Shown here piece after piece: positions 27,414 to 35,448 of a stretch of DNA of 53,717 nucleotides. The position numbers were made by a program, and so were the translations under genes. Source of the stretch: a virus (Duplodnaviria > Caudoviricetes); IMG/VR virus record IMGVR_UViG_3300042997_001874, positions 1 to 53,717 of that record; one strand, given 5' to 3'. A model generated the notes under the pieces. The model did no database searches. It was not told where the DNA came from and saw nothing but the letters and a program-made list of their open reading frames with translations. Position 1 is the stretch's first letter; each line of letters opens with the position of its first letter.

Positions 27414-28115
27414 ATGGAAGACCTAAAAAAAGTACAAGAATTCTTTGCTAAACCTATGGGTGAAGGGTATTATGAATTTGATATAGAAGATGATGGACCA
27501 GATTACAATAGTATATCTTCTTTAGAAGATGAATTACGTAGACTTATACGTTTTTCTAACCAATTTGGAAGTAAAGGAGCAGATGCTAAAATTGAACAAT
27601 TAAAACAAAGAATTGCTCAATTAAAAAATCAAATTAATGAAGAACAAGAAGATCCAACAGACATTATTGCAATGGATGTTCCTTTATTCCTTCGTATGTT
27701 AGAGTACGCAAGAGAGGATGCTGAACAGGATATTGACCTACATAAGGTAACAGAACGCGCTATCGAGGCCGTTAAGCTAAGAGGTCTTTTATCAATGGAA
27801 GATTACCAAGATATTGTAGGTGAACCCATTGAGGAAATGACTGGTTATTCAAAATACCTAGCCACCCCAGAAAACCCAAAAGGTAAAACCCAAGGTTTAA
27901 CACAGGATGTTATGGATAAAATCTTGTTAAAGATTGCCACAATGGGAGACGATGATAGAGAGGAAACTATTCGTTTAGGTGAAGGTGTTATTTACGAAGA
28001 ACTTTGCCCAAAAGGTAAAGCATACATCAAAAAAAGACAAGCAGCAGGAGAAAAATCATCTGCTTATCTTTCAGGTCGTGCTGTTAAGGTTTGTAAAGGG
28101 CAGATGAAGGGGTGA
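27414..28115 (+). CDS. Mosaic hypothetical protein (several short modules)
   Basis: Segments separated by INEE, IEE and YEE; MDVPLFLRMLEYAREDA module; basic Cys-containing C-terminal module. Confidence 0.55.
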   Translation: MEDLKKVQEFFAKPMGEGYYEFDIEDDGPDYNSISSLEDELRRLIRFSNQFGSKGADAKIEQLKQRIAQLKNQINEEQEDPTDIIAMDVPLFLRMLEYAREDAEQDIDLHKVTERAIEAVKLRGLLSMEDYQDIVGEPIEEMTGYSKYLATPENPKGKTQGLTQDVMDKILLKIATMGDDDREETIRLGEGVIYEELCPKGKAYIKKRQAAGEKSSAYLSGRAVKVCKGQMKG

Positions 28116-28390
28116 CAAACGAACGTCTACAAGAGATAATTACAGAATCGCTACGCGACTGGTTCAAAAAAGAGAACTGGGTGCGTATAGATACTGCGGG
28201 TAACATAACCGGTCCTTGTGGTACAATGAAACCAGGTAAAGCAACAACACGTTGTTTACCAAAATCAAAAGCACTAAGTTTAACTAAAGCAGAAAGAGCA
28301 GCCACATCGCGAAAAAAAGTAGCAGGAAGCAAGAAAGGTAAACAGTTTGTTAAAAACACCCCCAAAGCAAAGGTACGCCTTAACAAATAA
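28112..28390 (+). CDS. Small basic hypothetical protein
   Basis: GTG start overlapping the upstream TGA; SLRDWFKKENWVRI...RCLPKSKA. Confidence 0.55.
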   Translation: MTNERLQEIITESLRDWFKKENWVRIDTAGNITGPCGTMKPGKATTRCLPKSKALSLTKAERAATSRKKVAGSKKGKQFVKNTPKAKVRLNK

Positions 28391-28395
28391 ATACA

Positions 28396-28403
28396 TATTT
28401 ATA
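28396..28403 (+). promoter_or_regulatory. Putative late promoter TATTTATA
   Basis: Recurrent octamer upstream of ATG 28417. Confidence 0.6.
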
Positions 28404-28416
28404 ACAAATTATCACT

Positions 28417-29145
28417 ATGGACTTATCATCAATTGAAAAAATTATCCGTAAACAAGTTCCAAACGCTCAAGATAGCGAAGTGGAACTATATTTAGATTCT
28501 GTAGACCGTGTCCTATCACGTGGAGGCGACTACAGCGATATGTCTGAGGATGATGTAGTAGAAGATTTTGAATACTATATTCAATCCAGAATGGATGAGA
28601 TAAAAAAACCAACAACAAAAATGAAAAGAAACGAATTAAAAGAAATGATCAAATCTGCTTTCATGGCTGAAAATTCTATGGATGACGATGCTGCCTTACA
28701 AGGCATGTATGGCGGCGATAATGTGTATGAAGCTGAAGAAAAAGAAGAAAGCCTAGACGATATTCTAGCTCGCATTATAGGTACTAAAGCAGATCCATAC
28801 ATGGCTGAAGACTTGAGCGAAGCTGAAGAAGAAGCAGATATTAAAATTGATGCCGAAGAAGAAGTTGAAGACGAAGGTGGCGAAGAAGAAAAACCAGCAA
28901 ATGATTCAATCGTAGTAGATAAAAGAATTGTTTCTTTATCTTCACTTCCAAGTGATACAAGAAAAATCCTTGACTCCCTAGAGACTCTAAGAGCACAAGC
29001 AGAAGAGTTTGGCGATCAAAAATTCATCACTCAGGTTGGTAACACAATTACCTTCTTCACTCGCGACTTCGTTGTTGCAGGTGATGAGCCAACAAAAGCA
29101 AAAGTAGACGAGATCGCATTCCCAATGTGGAATAAAATTAAATAA
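28417..29145 (+). CDS. Acidic hypothetical protein (possible prohead-core associated)
   Basis: Glu/Asp-rich; internal MKRNELKEMIK leader-like segment. Confidence 0.55.
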   Translation: MDLSSIEKIIRKQVPNAQDSEVELYLDSVDRVLSRGGDYSDMSEDDVVEDFEYYIQSRMDEIKKPTTKMKRNELKEMIKSAFMAENSMDDDAALQGMYGGDNVYEAEEKEESLDDILARIIGTKADPYMAEDLSEAEEEADIKIDAEEEVEDEGGEEEKPANDSIVVDKRIVSLSSLPSDTRKILDSLETLRAQAEEFGDQKFITQVGNTITFFTRDFVVAGDEPTKAKVDEIAFPMWNKIK

Positions 29146-29164
29146 AACTAAATAAATAAAAGAT

Positions 29165-29338
29165 ATGACATCACAAGAACTACACGACAAAATGGTAACA
29201 GTTTTAGAAACTCTAACCATCGAGCACCACAAAACAGCTAAAGCAGCACACGGACGTGCTCGTAAAATAGCAGGTGAACTTAAAAAACTAGCAACAGAAT
29301 ACCGCAAGGCATCTACTGCAGAAGACAAAGCAAAATAA
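29165..29338 (+). CDS. Histone H1-like (Hc1-family) small DNA-binding protein, 57 aa
   Basis: Hand translation MTSQELHDKMVTVLETLTIEHHKTAKAAHGRARKIAGELKKLATEYRKASTAEDKAK*. KAAxxRARKxxxELxKLxxExRK is the Hc1-family core. Missed by the ORF track. Confidence 0.7.
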   Translation: MTSQELHDKMVTVLETLTIEHHKTAKAAHGRARKIAGELKKLATEYRKASTAEDKAK

Positions 29339-29341
29339 AAT

Positions 29342-29783
29342 AAAATAAAATGAGCAATTTTGACCTTAAAAAATACCTCGCCGAAGGTAAACTATTAAAA
29401 GAAAATGAAGGGTTTAATGTTGATCTTTATTATGATAAAGATGAAGATCTAGTTGATTTAGATGCTGCTTTTAAGGCTGCACCTAATATATCTTATAATC
29501 AAGTATTAGACATTTTTAAGAGTTATGAAGATGAAGAGATATTAAATGATTTTAAATCTGAATTTCCTGAAGGAAAAGATATTAGTAAAGAAGATTATTT
29601 TGAATTCTCAGAGAGATATATAGATGATATGAGTGAAACTAGTTTTATAAAGGCTAATTGGATAGGCGTATCTGATGATACAGTTTATGAAAAAGCTGGA
29701 TTAGTTTAAATATTAAATTAAAAAATAAAATGAGCAATTTTGATCTTAGAAAATATTTAGCTGAAGGTAAACTATTAAAAGAA
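29342..29783 (+). repeat. Imperfect direct repeat of about 62 bp (29342-29403 and 29722-29783) covering the start context and an 18-codon leader
   Basis: aaaataaaATGAGCAATTTTGAyCTTArAAAATAyyTmGCyGAAGGTAAACTATTAAAAGAA; 6 mismatches in 54 coding nt. Confidence 0.85.
29350..29709 (+). CDS. Acidic hypothetical protein with an MSNFDLKKYLAEGKLLKE leader
   Basis: First 18 codons are near-identical to ORF 29730. Confidence 0.6.
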   Translation: MSNFDLKKYLAEGKLLKENEGFNVDLYYDKDEDLVDLDAAFKAAPNISYNQVLDIFKSYEDEEILNDFKSEFPEGKDISKEDYFEFSERYIDDMSETSFIKANWIGVSDDTVYEKAGLV

Positions 29784-30089
29784 GCAATAATAGTAGACAC
29801 TGCTATAATGGTAGATCCAAATAATGCTCTTATGTCTAATGCTTCAGATGAAGAAATAGATTATATAAAGGCTAATCTCACTAATGTTTCTAAAATGCCA
29901 GTTGATGATTTTCAAGAAAAATATGATAAGTATATGCTTAAATTTTACGATGAAGGCGATTCATTAGATACTCAAGTTAAAGCTTTGCAAATTCATATTG
30001 ATAAAGGTATTTTAAATAGAGAAGAAGCAATAGAAGCCCTTGCAACGTTACAAGGACAAGATGTAGAAGAATTTGAAGATATATTCTAA
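29730..30089 (+). CDS. Acidic hypothetical protein with an MSNFDLRKYLAEGKLLKE leader
   Basis: Shares the leader with ORF 29350 but the body is unrelated. Confidence 0.6.
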   Translation: MSNFDLRKYLAEGKLLKEAIIVDTAIMVDPNNALMSNASDEEIDYIKANLTNVSKMPVDDFQEKYDKYMLKFYDEGDSLDTQVKALQIHIDKGILNREEAIEALATLQGQDVEEFEDIF

Positions 30090-30099
30090 ATAAAATAAA

Positions 30100-30765
30100 A
30101 TGGCAAAACTTTCCTCAGCTGAACTAGCTAAACGCGAAGACGTTATCATGAAGATGAAAAAAAATAAGCGTGGGCTTGTTAAACGTTATGGTTCAGATGC
30201 AGAAAAAGTAATGTATGGTCGCGCTACCAATATAGCAAAAAAAGTAACAGAAACACAAATGGAACAATCAAATCTAAAAGAGCTAGTAAGAGCAGCTTTA
30301 ATGCAAGAAAAAGCAGGCTTCTCTAAAGAATTCGATAGCGATCCTGCCTTAAAAGGTGGTCAAAAGAATTTACCTGATGGCCTACAAAAAGCCATCATCT
30401 CTAAAGCTAAACCAGCTAACGAGGATCTTGATCTAGGACACGAAGACGACGAACCACACATGCTTAAAAGCGATTTATACCATATTGGAAAATACGCTAT
30501 GAATCTTTACCAAATGGTAGATCAGTTTGAGGGTAAAGGTGAAGTTGATTTTCCACATTGGTGGCAATCTAAAATCATCAAGGCAAAAGAAATGATGTCT
30601 AGTGCTAAGCACTACCTTGATTTCGAATTAAAAGAACCAGAAATCGATGCTGCTGTAGATGTTATTGATGCTTCAGATGCTTTAAATAGCACTGGTATAG
30701 AGATAAACGAAAAAAGAACGGAAACATTAGCTGAAAGAATAGCTAAACAATTAAAAGCTAGATAA
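30100..30765 (+). CDS. Mosaic hypothetical protein
   Basis: Basic N-terminal module; internal SNLKELVRAALMQE; DLGHEDDEPHM...FPHWWQSKI module. Confidence 0.55.
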   Translation: MAKLSSAELAKREDVIMKMKKNKRGLVKRYGSDAEKVMYGRATNIAKKVTETQMEQSNLKELVRAALMQEKAGFSKEFDSDPALKGGQKNLPDGLQKAIISKAKPANEDLDLGHEDDEPHMLKSDLYHIGKYAMNLYQMVDQFEGKGEVDFPHWWQSKIIKAKEMMSSAKHYLDFELKEPEIDAAVDVIDASDALNSTGIEINEKRTETLAERIAKQLKAR

Positions 30766-31235
30766 TGACTCGTGAAGATCTTGTAGCAAAAATTAAAACG
30801 TTAGCTAAGGATGTCTATAAAGGCAGACTTAAGGCTGACGTTGCTGCTGCCGAGTACGATGAACTAACCAAATTTCCAGAACTCAAAAAAGTTATAGTCG
30901 ATTTACTTACAGCAGATTTCGACTACTTTTTAGCCTCAATTGATTGGGTTGCTCCTCGTCCTACTACTTTCCGTATTAATTTAAAAAACGGACAAGATTT
31001 CTATCTTATTTATACACCTAAAACTTTTATTGCTCAAATAGAAGGTAAAAAATACTATCTACTTAACCTAAACGAGGAAGAATCGGCTTGTGAATCTATA
31101 GCTCGTATATTACGTTACGGAGGTAAAACAGAAGCATCTACTGAAGGAACAGAAACAGGAACAGAAACAGAAACCTCAATAGAAGAACCAGTAGCTGAAC
31201 CAGTAGCTGAACCAGTAGCTGAACCAGTAGCATAA
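30765..31235 (+). CDS. Hypothetical protein with a C-terminal TE/EPVA repeat tail
   Basis: ORF track; TAATG overlaps on both sides. Confidence 0.55.
   Translation: MTREDLVAKIKTLAKDVYKGRLKADVAAAEYDELTKFPELKKVIVDLLTADFDYFLASIDWVAPRPTTFRINLKNGQDFYLIYTPKTFIAQIEGKKYYLLNLNEEESACESIARILRYGGKTEASTEGTETGTETETSIEEPVAEPVAEPVAEPVA
31185..31232 (+). repeat. Tandem 12-bp repeat GAACCAGTAGCT x4 (EPVA)
   Basis: Read directly; the last copy ends GCA. Confidence 0.85.
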
Positions 31236-32209
31236 TGGATAATTTGGATAAATTTATCAAAAGTGTAGCTTGGAAATTCCCAAAAGGATATCCTGACATG
31301 AACGATTCAAAAGATAAAGCTATGTTATTTGAACTAGCTGAAAATTTTATGGGTGAAATTATCATCAACGAGGCACAAGCAGATTATGATATCAGAATTC
31401 GTAAAGCTTTAAATTTAAAAGAAGGCGAAAAAATTCCAACTTGTAATACTCCCTTAAGTTTAGGTGATGATTTTAACTTAGGTGGAGAAGACGAAAAAAT
31501 TTGGGTACAATTATATTCAACTCTCCCACTAAAAAAAGATAGCGAAATTCCAACAGCAGGAGCTGGTAAAGGAGAAATTGCTACTTACTGGGCGTTTGAA
31601 TATAATGTCAATAGACATAACGTTACAGACTCTAGAAAAGGAGAAGACCCGGATTTAACCATTGATGGTATTGGGTGCGAAATCAAATCATACGAGACAT
31701 CCAATATCACATTAGGTAAATTTGCCGGCGATAAAGAAAACGTTGCTTTGTTAAACAAAGTATTTGGCATCTTAACTCTATTTAGTGAATTTGACGAAAA
31801 CTCCCAAATCACAGTTAACCCAGGTAACTTTAAAGCAATGGATATAGTCCCAGCATTCGATATAATGTCTAGTTTTGAAAAAAACAAGTCACTAAGAGAT
31901 ATAGATATGTTTGAGCCCCTATATAAAAGTATTGATTCGCTATATAATAAATTAGATATATCACCTGAAGCTACTGCTAAAGAAGGTGCTGCTAAACTTT
32001 TAAAAAGAGTACTATCTAACAAACTCTACAAAAAACCTAGAATGGGTAAAGATATAGGGTATATCTTAAACGTAAGTGAAAAAGGAAAAGGTAAATTTTA
32101 TCTTATGAATGATGCTGTAGTAGATGCTATAGATGTCGAAAGAATCTTAAGTGGGGTTTATGTCTCATCTTCAGAACTAGGTATGAACTTTAAGAATTTA
32201 TTTTTATAG
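31235..32209 (+). CDS. Putative PD-(D/E)XK restriction-like nuclease with an N-terminal leader
   Basis: GKGEIA...DPDLTIDGIGCEIKSY gives an E...PD...ExK arrangement; the N-terminal segment ends IIINE. Confidence 0.5.
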   Translation: MDNLDKFIKSVAWKFPKGYPDMNDSKDKAMLFELAENFMGEIIINEAQADYDIRIRKALNLKEGEKIPTCNTPLSLGDDFNLGGEDEKIWVQLYSTLPLKKDSEIPTAGAGKGEIATYWAFEYNVNRHNVTDSRKGEDPDLTIDGIGCEIKSYETSNITLGKFAGDKENVALLNKVFGILTLFSEFDENSQITVNPGNFKAMDIVPAFDIMSSFEKNKSLRDIDMFEPLYKSIDSLYNKLDISPEATAKEGAAKLLKRVLSNKLYKKPRMGKDIGYILNVSEKGKGKFYLMNDAVVDAIDVERILSGVYVSSSELGMNFKNLFL

Positions 32210-32211
32210 AT

Positions 32212-32823
32212 ATGTGTGACTGCGGCTGCAATACTTGCGATACTAAAAAACCAGTGATGCTAAACGAAAGTGTAGCACCAAGAGCAATCCTTTCCGAGGG
32301 GTTGAAATATCACTTAGATAACGCACGACCTCTTACAGAGCACATATATCGTGCAGGCTCGGAAAGCTATTTCAATTTATGGGCAGAAGCACGCGCTTTA
32401 TACAGCCGTAACATCATTGAGGTACAAGGAGATGATTTAGAGATACTAACTGAAACTGATCTAGGTCATTTTGGTATGTATGAGGATAAAAAAGTTCCTT
32501 TAGATTTTATCTTCGAGGAGGTAGAAGTAAACGAGGCAGATAAAAAGAAAAAAGACCCTCCAATTGGTAAACCAAAGCGTGGTGGCTCTAAAAAATTCTA
32601 TGTCTACGTAAGAAAACCAGGTGGTGGAACTAAAAAAATATCATTTGGTGATACAACAGGTCTATCAGCTAAGATAAACAATCCACAAGCACGTAAAGCA
32701 TTTTCAGCACGTCATGATTGTCCTAATAAAAAAGATAGAACAAAGGCTTCATACTGGAGCTGCCGTTTACCACGTTATGCTAAACTTTTAGGTTTGAAGT
32801 CTAACTTCTCAGGATTCTGGTGA
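32212..32823 (+). CDS. Hypothetical protein with a Cys-rich N-terminus and a basic C-terminal domain
   Basis: MCDCGCNTC; KKFYVYV...SFGD...ARKAFSARHDC...YWSC. Confidence 0.55.
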   Translation: MCDCGCNTCDTKKPVMLNESVAPRAILSEGLKYHLDNARPLTEHIYRAGSESYFNLWAEARALYSRNIIEVQGDDLEILTETDLGHFGMYEDKKVPLDFIFEEVEVNEADKKKKDPPIGKPKRGGSKKFYVYVRKPGGGTKKISFGDTTGLSAKINNPQARKAFSARHDCPNKKDRTKASYWSCRLPRYAKLLGLKSNFSGFW

Positions 32824-32837
32824 TAAAATAAAATAAA

Positions 32838-33164
32838 ATGATTAAACTACTCCAACTACTAACCGAAGCAAAAAAAACAAAAGAAACTTTTGAAGAATTT
32901 GCTACCACACGTGCAGCAGGAGCTGCTAAAATAGCATCAACTGCAGAAGAAAAAGGTGGTTTAGCAATGTTAACTTACAATCACTTTTATGTTAAGGCTC
33001 CATACTACAAAAAAGCCATAAACGGAAAATTTGATAAAGAGGCAGCTAAAAAAGAATTTGCTGAAATCCTAAAGAGCATATCCCTAGATATGAACCAAAA
33101 CGAGTTTCAAAGACAGGTAGGTAAAATGGAGGTATTAGGTGAACTTCTTATAAGAGAAAACTAA
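32838..33164 (+). CDS. Hypothetical protein with an MIKLLQLLTE leader
   Basis: Shared leader. Confidence 0.55.
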   Translation: MIKLLQLLTEAKKTKETFEEFATTRAAGAAKIASTAEEKGGLAMLTYNHFYVKAPYYKKAINGKFDKEAAKKEFAEILKSISLDMNQNEFQRQVGKMEVLGELLIREN

Positions 33165-33787
33165 TGCTTAACGCAAACATCCCTAGCTTTAAAGCGCTAG
33201 TTCGTAAATCATATTTTACAAAAAACCAAGAAGATCATAACGAATTCTATAATGTATACGTTTTTGGTCTTCAATCATGCGCTGGAACTATATTAACATT
33301 TCATGTTATGACAGATAACGGGATGATTCGTTCTCGTGTTCCACTTTCCGAAATTTATACAGAAATCCCAACAAACGACATTCCATTTAATTTTAAACAG
33401 TTATGGGATTGTTTTAGTGAAAACGTAGCTATTATAGAATATAGCTTTTTAGCATATCATAGAGCACAAATTGTTTTAAGAGACGGAAATAAAGTTTGGG
33501 GCACCTATATGTTTACAGTAGATTGGTTCAATAATCCATATAGCGATGAACCAACAGATTACAAATGTGGTCATATATTCGAATCAGACGAAGGGTATTT
33601 AATGTGTATGCCCAATAATAGAATATTCTGGAAAGACTCAAACTGGGTAACCAAACCACTCCCAGAGAATCTAAAGCAATATAAGGTAGATACAGAACTT
33701 CCAAGCGTGGAAAACCAATCAGATAGATGGGTTACCGAAGATGGAGATTCTTTTTATTACGATATGAATGAAACTTCTATAAAATGA
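33164..33787 (+). CDS. Hypothetical phage protein
   Basis: 207-aa ORF coupled on both sides; YMFTVDW, MPNNRI. Confidence 0.55.
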   Translation: MLNANIPSFKALVRKSYFTKNQEDHNEFYNVYVFGLQSCAGTILTFHVMTDNGMIRSRVPLSEIYTEIPTNDIPFNFKQLWDCFSENVAIIEYSFLAYHRAQIVLRDGNKVWGTYMFTVDWFNNPYSDEPTDYKCGHIFESDEGYLMCMPNNRIFWKDSNWVTKPLPENLKQYKVDTELPSVENQSDRWVTEDGDSFYYDMNETSIK

Positions 33788-34299
33788 TTAAACTATCAGA
33801 CATATTAAAAGAAACATACTTGGGTAGAGGAGAACAAGGTAAAGTATATGCTATAGGTAAAGATAAAATTAAAAAACAAAGTAATTTTTTAGATGGTTTC
33901 ACTCAAGATGAATTATATTTTTATAATCAATTTAATAAACATCTTGATATATTTCCTAAAATATATGAATTAACTAAATCATATGTTATTATGGATAGAT
34001 TATATGACATGCCTGATCTTAGTAATGTTTTAAACTATTTAGAACAAATTAACGTGTGGCGAGATAAAGATCCTATGACAATGATTTATTATTTATTAAA
34101 AAATAATGATTCATCTGAAATAGATACATTATTAAATAAAACAAAAAATAATAAATCTGTATATAATTCTCTTTTAAAATATATTAAATTTACTCAAGAT
34201 GTATTAAATGTATTTCCTAATAAATCTATTGATTTTCATACAGGTAATATTGGAGTTGATAATAATGGAGATCTTAAAATTTTTGATTTAGCAATATAA
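33784..34299 (+). CDS. Minimal protein-kinase-like (ePK/APH fold) enzyme with an MIKLSDILKE leader
   Basis: Gly loop LGRGEQGKVY, IKK lysine, catalytic loop DFHTGNI, LKIFD. Confidence 0.72.
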   Translation: MIKLSDILKETYLGRGEQGKVYAIGKDKIKKQSNFLDGFTQDELYFYNQFNKHLDIFPKIYELTKSYVIMDRLYDMPDLSNVLNYLEQINVWRDKDPMTMIYYLLKNNDSSEIDTLLNKTKNNKSVYNSLLKYIKFTQDVLNVFPNKSIDFHTGNIGVDNNGDLKIFDLAI

Positions 34300-34319
34300 A
34301 AATATGATTAACCTATAAC

Positions 34320-34580
34320 ATGACCCCATACACTGATCTAGAGATTACAGACCAATACATCATTAGGGAGTTCAACGAGAACATAGACCCGATTGAGCTA
34401 TTATGGCATCGGGACGATGAAGATCGTACTATAGAGATTTTAGAGGGAATAAATTGGATGGTTCAATTAGATAACCAATTGCCAGCTTTACTAAACTCTC
34501 ATATATTTATACCACGAGGTATGTGGCACCGAACCATTAAAGGGGAGGGACCACTTAAAATTAAAATATATAAAGAATAA
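34320..34580 (+). CDS. Small cupin-fold protein
   Basis: WHRD..DRTIE and FIPRGMWHRTIKG cupin motifs. Confidence 0.65.
   Translation: MTPYTDLEITDQYIIREFNENIDPIELLWHRDDEDRTIEILEGINWMVQLDNQLPALLNSHIFIPRGMWHRTIKGEGPLKIKIYKE
34504..34511 (+). promoter_or_regulatory. Putative late promoter TATTTATA (inside the cupin gene, serving ORF 34580)
   Basis: Recurrent octamer 68 nt upstream of ATG 34580. Confidence 0.4.
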
Positions 34581-35323
34581 TGGCTAACTACGTAACAACA
34601 GGATATGTTTTTTGGTACCCCACTCAATCATTAGCCGGGGGTCTAGCAGGTGTAGTTAATGATCCTGATCGTACTTATTTTATTGGTGCACCTGGAGGAG
34701 CCCCTTGTACTAAATTCTGGAGAATTTCAGGATCTAATGGTGATATAGGAGTAACTATTATAGACCAGGGCTTAACATGGGCTACAGGCTCATCTGCCCC
34801 TACAACTGACCCCAACACAGCTAGAGCTATAAATGGACAAGATGCATATAGTGCTAGTTTAGGGGGCCAACCAGTTCAAACTGTATTATATAATCCATCT
34901 TTTAATGGAAATTTAGCTGGAGAAGGACCCACAATTTTACCTTCATTTTTTATTGATGGTGGTAATTATGATTTTGGTGTAGGAGGAGGTATTATATTAT
35001 TAACAGGATCATTTATAGGAAGTCCTGAAAAAGGAATGAAAGAAGTAAGATGGTATTGGACAGCCGAAGATGATCCAAGCGATTCAGGAGCTTATACTCC
35101 CATAATTTATACCGACCCAGGAGACCAAGCTGATTTTTTAATTAGAAATTTTGGGGCAACTGATAATAGTGCGGGAGGAGAAGAAAAATTAGCAGGAGCA
35201 GTAGCCAGTATAGGTGGTATATTTTTAGCACCTAAAGATCTAGGTGGTGGGGATTTTATTTTAGATATTCCCTCTAATTTTAAACCTGGAGGAGCTTTTC
35301 CTATATATAAATTTGTTACATAA
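34580..35323 (+). CDS. Gly-rich hypothetical protein, possibly a virion decoration/structural protein
   Basis: G/T/S/aromatic-rich beta-type composition with SGS/TGS motifs. Confidence 0.45.
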   Translation: MANYVTTGYVFWYPTQSLAGGLAGVVNDPDRTYFIGAPGGAPCTKFWRISGSNGDIGVTIIDQGLTWATGSSAPTTDPNTARAINGQDAYSASLGGQPVQTVLYNPSFNGNLAGEGPTILPSFFIDGGNYDFGVGGGIILLTGSFIGSPEKGMKEVRWYWTAEDDPSDSGAYTPIIYTDPGDQADFLIRNFGATDNSAGGEEKLAGAVASIGGIFLAPKDLGGGDFILDIPSNFKPGGAFPIYKFVT

Positions 35324-35380
35324 ACTGAAAATTTACTATTTAGACTGATTCATAGCCAGTCGCTTATTAAAAATTTTGAC

Positions 35381-35420
35381 AGCTGTGGCGTCACCAAATT
35401 TGGAGATGTCACAGCTTTTT
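35381..35420 (+). terminator. Intrinsic terminator overlapping a downstream promoter
   Basis: AGCTGTGGCGTC...GATGTCACAGCT stem (two G-U pairs) followed by a T-run. Confidence 0.7.
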
Positions 35421-35428
35421 ATTATCTT
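35399..35428 (+). promoter_or_regulatory. Putative host-RNAP promoter TTTG-N20-TATCTT
   Basis: Same layout as 20412-20440; precedes the oxidoreductase. Confidence 0.45.
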
Positions 35429-35448
35429 AACGCGTAACAAATAAAAAT

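Noticed and set aside
28987-29328. 113-aa minus-strand ORF apparently filling a gap
   Set aside because: It is the antisense shadow of the + strand Hc1-like gene at 29165..29338
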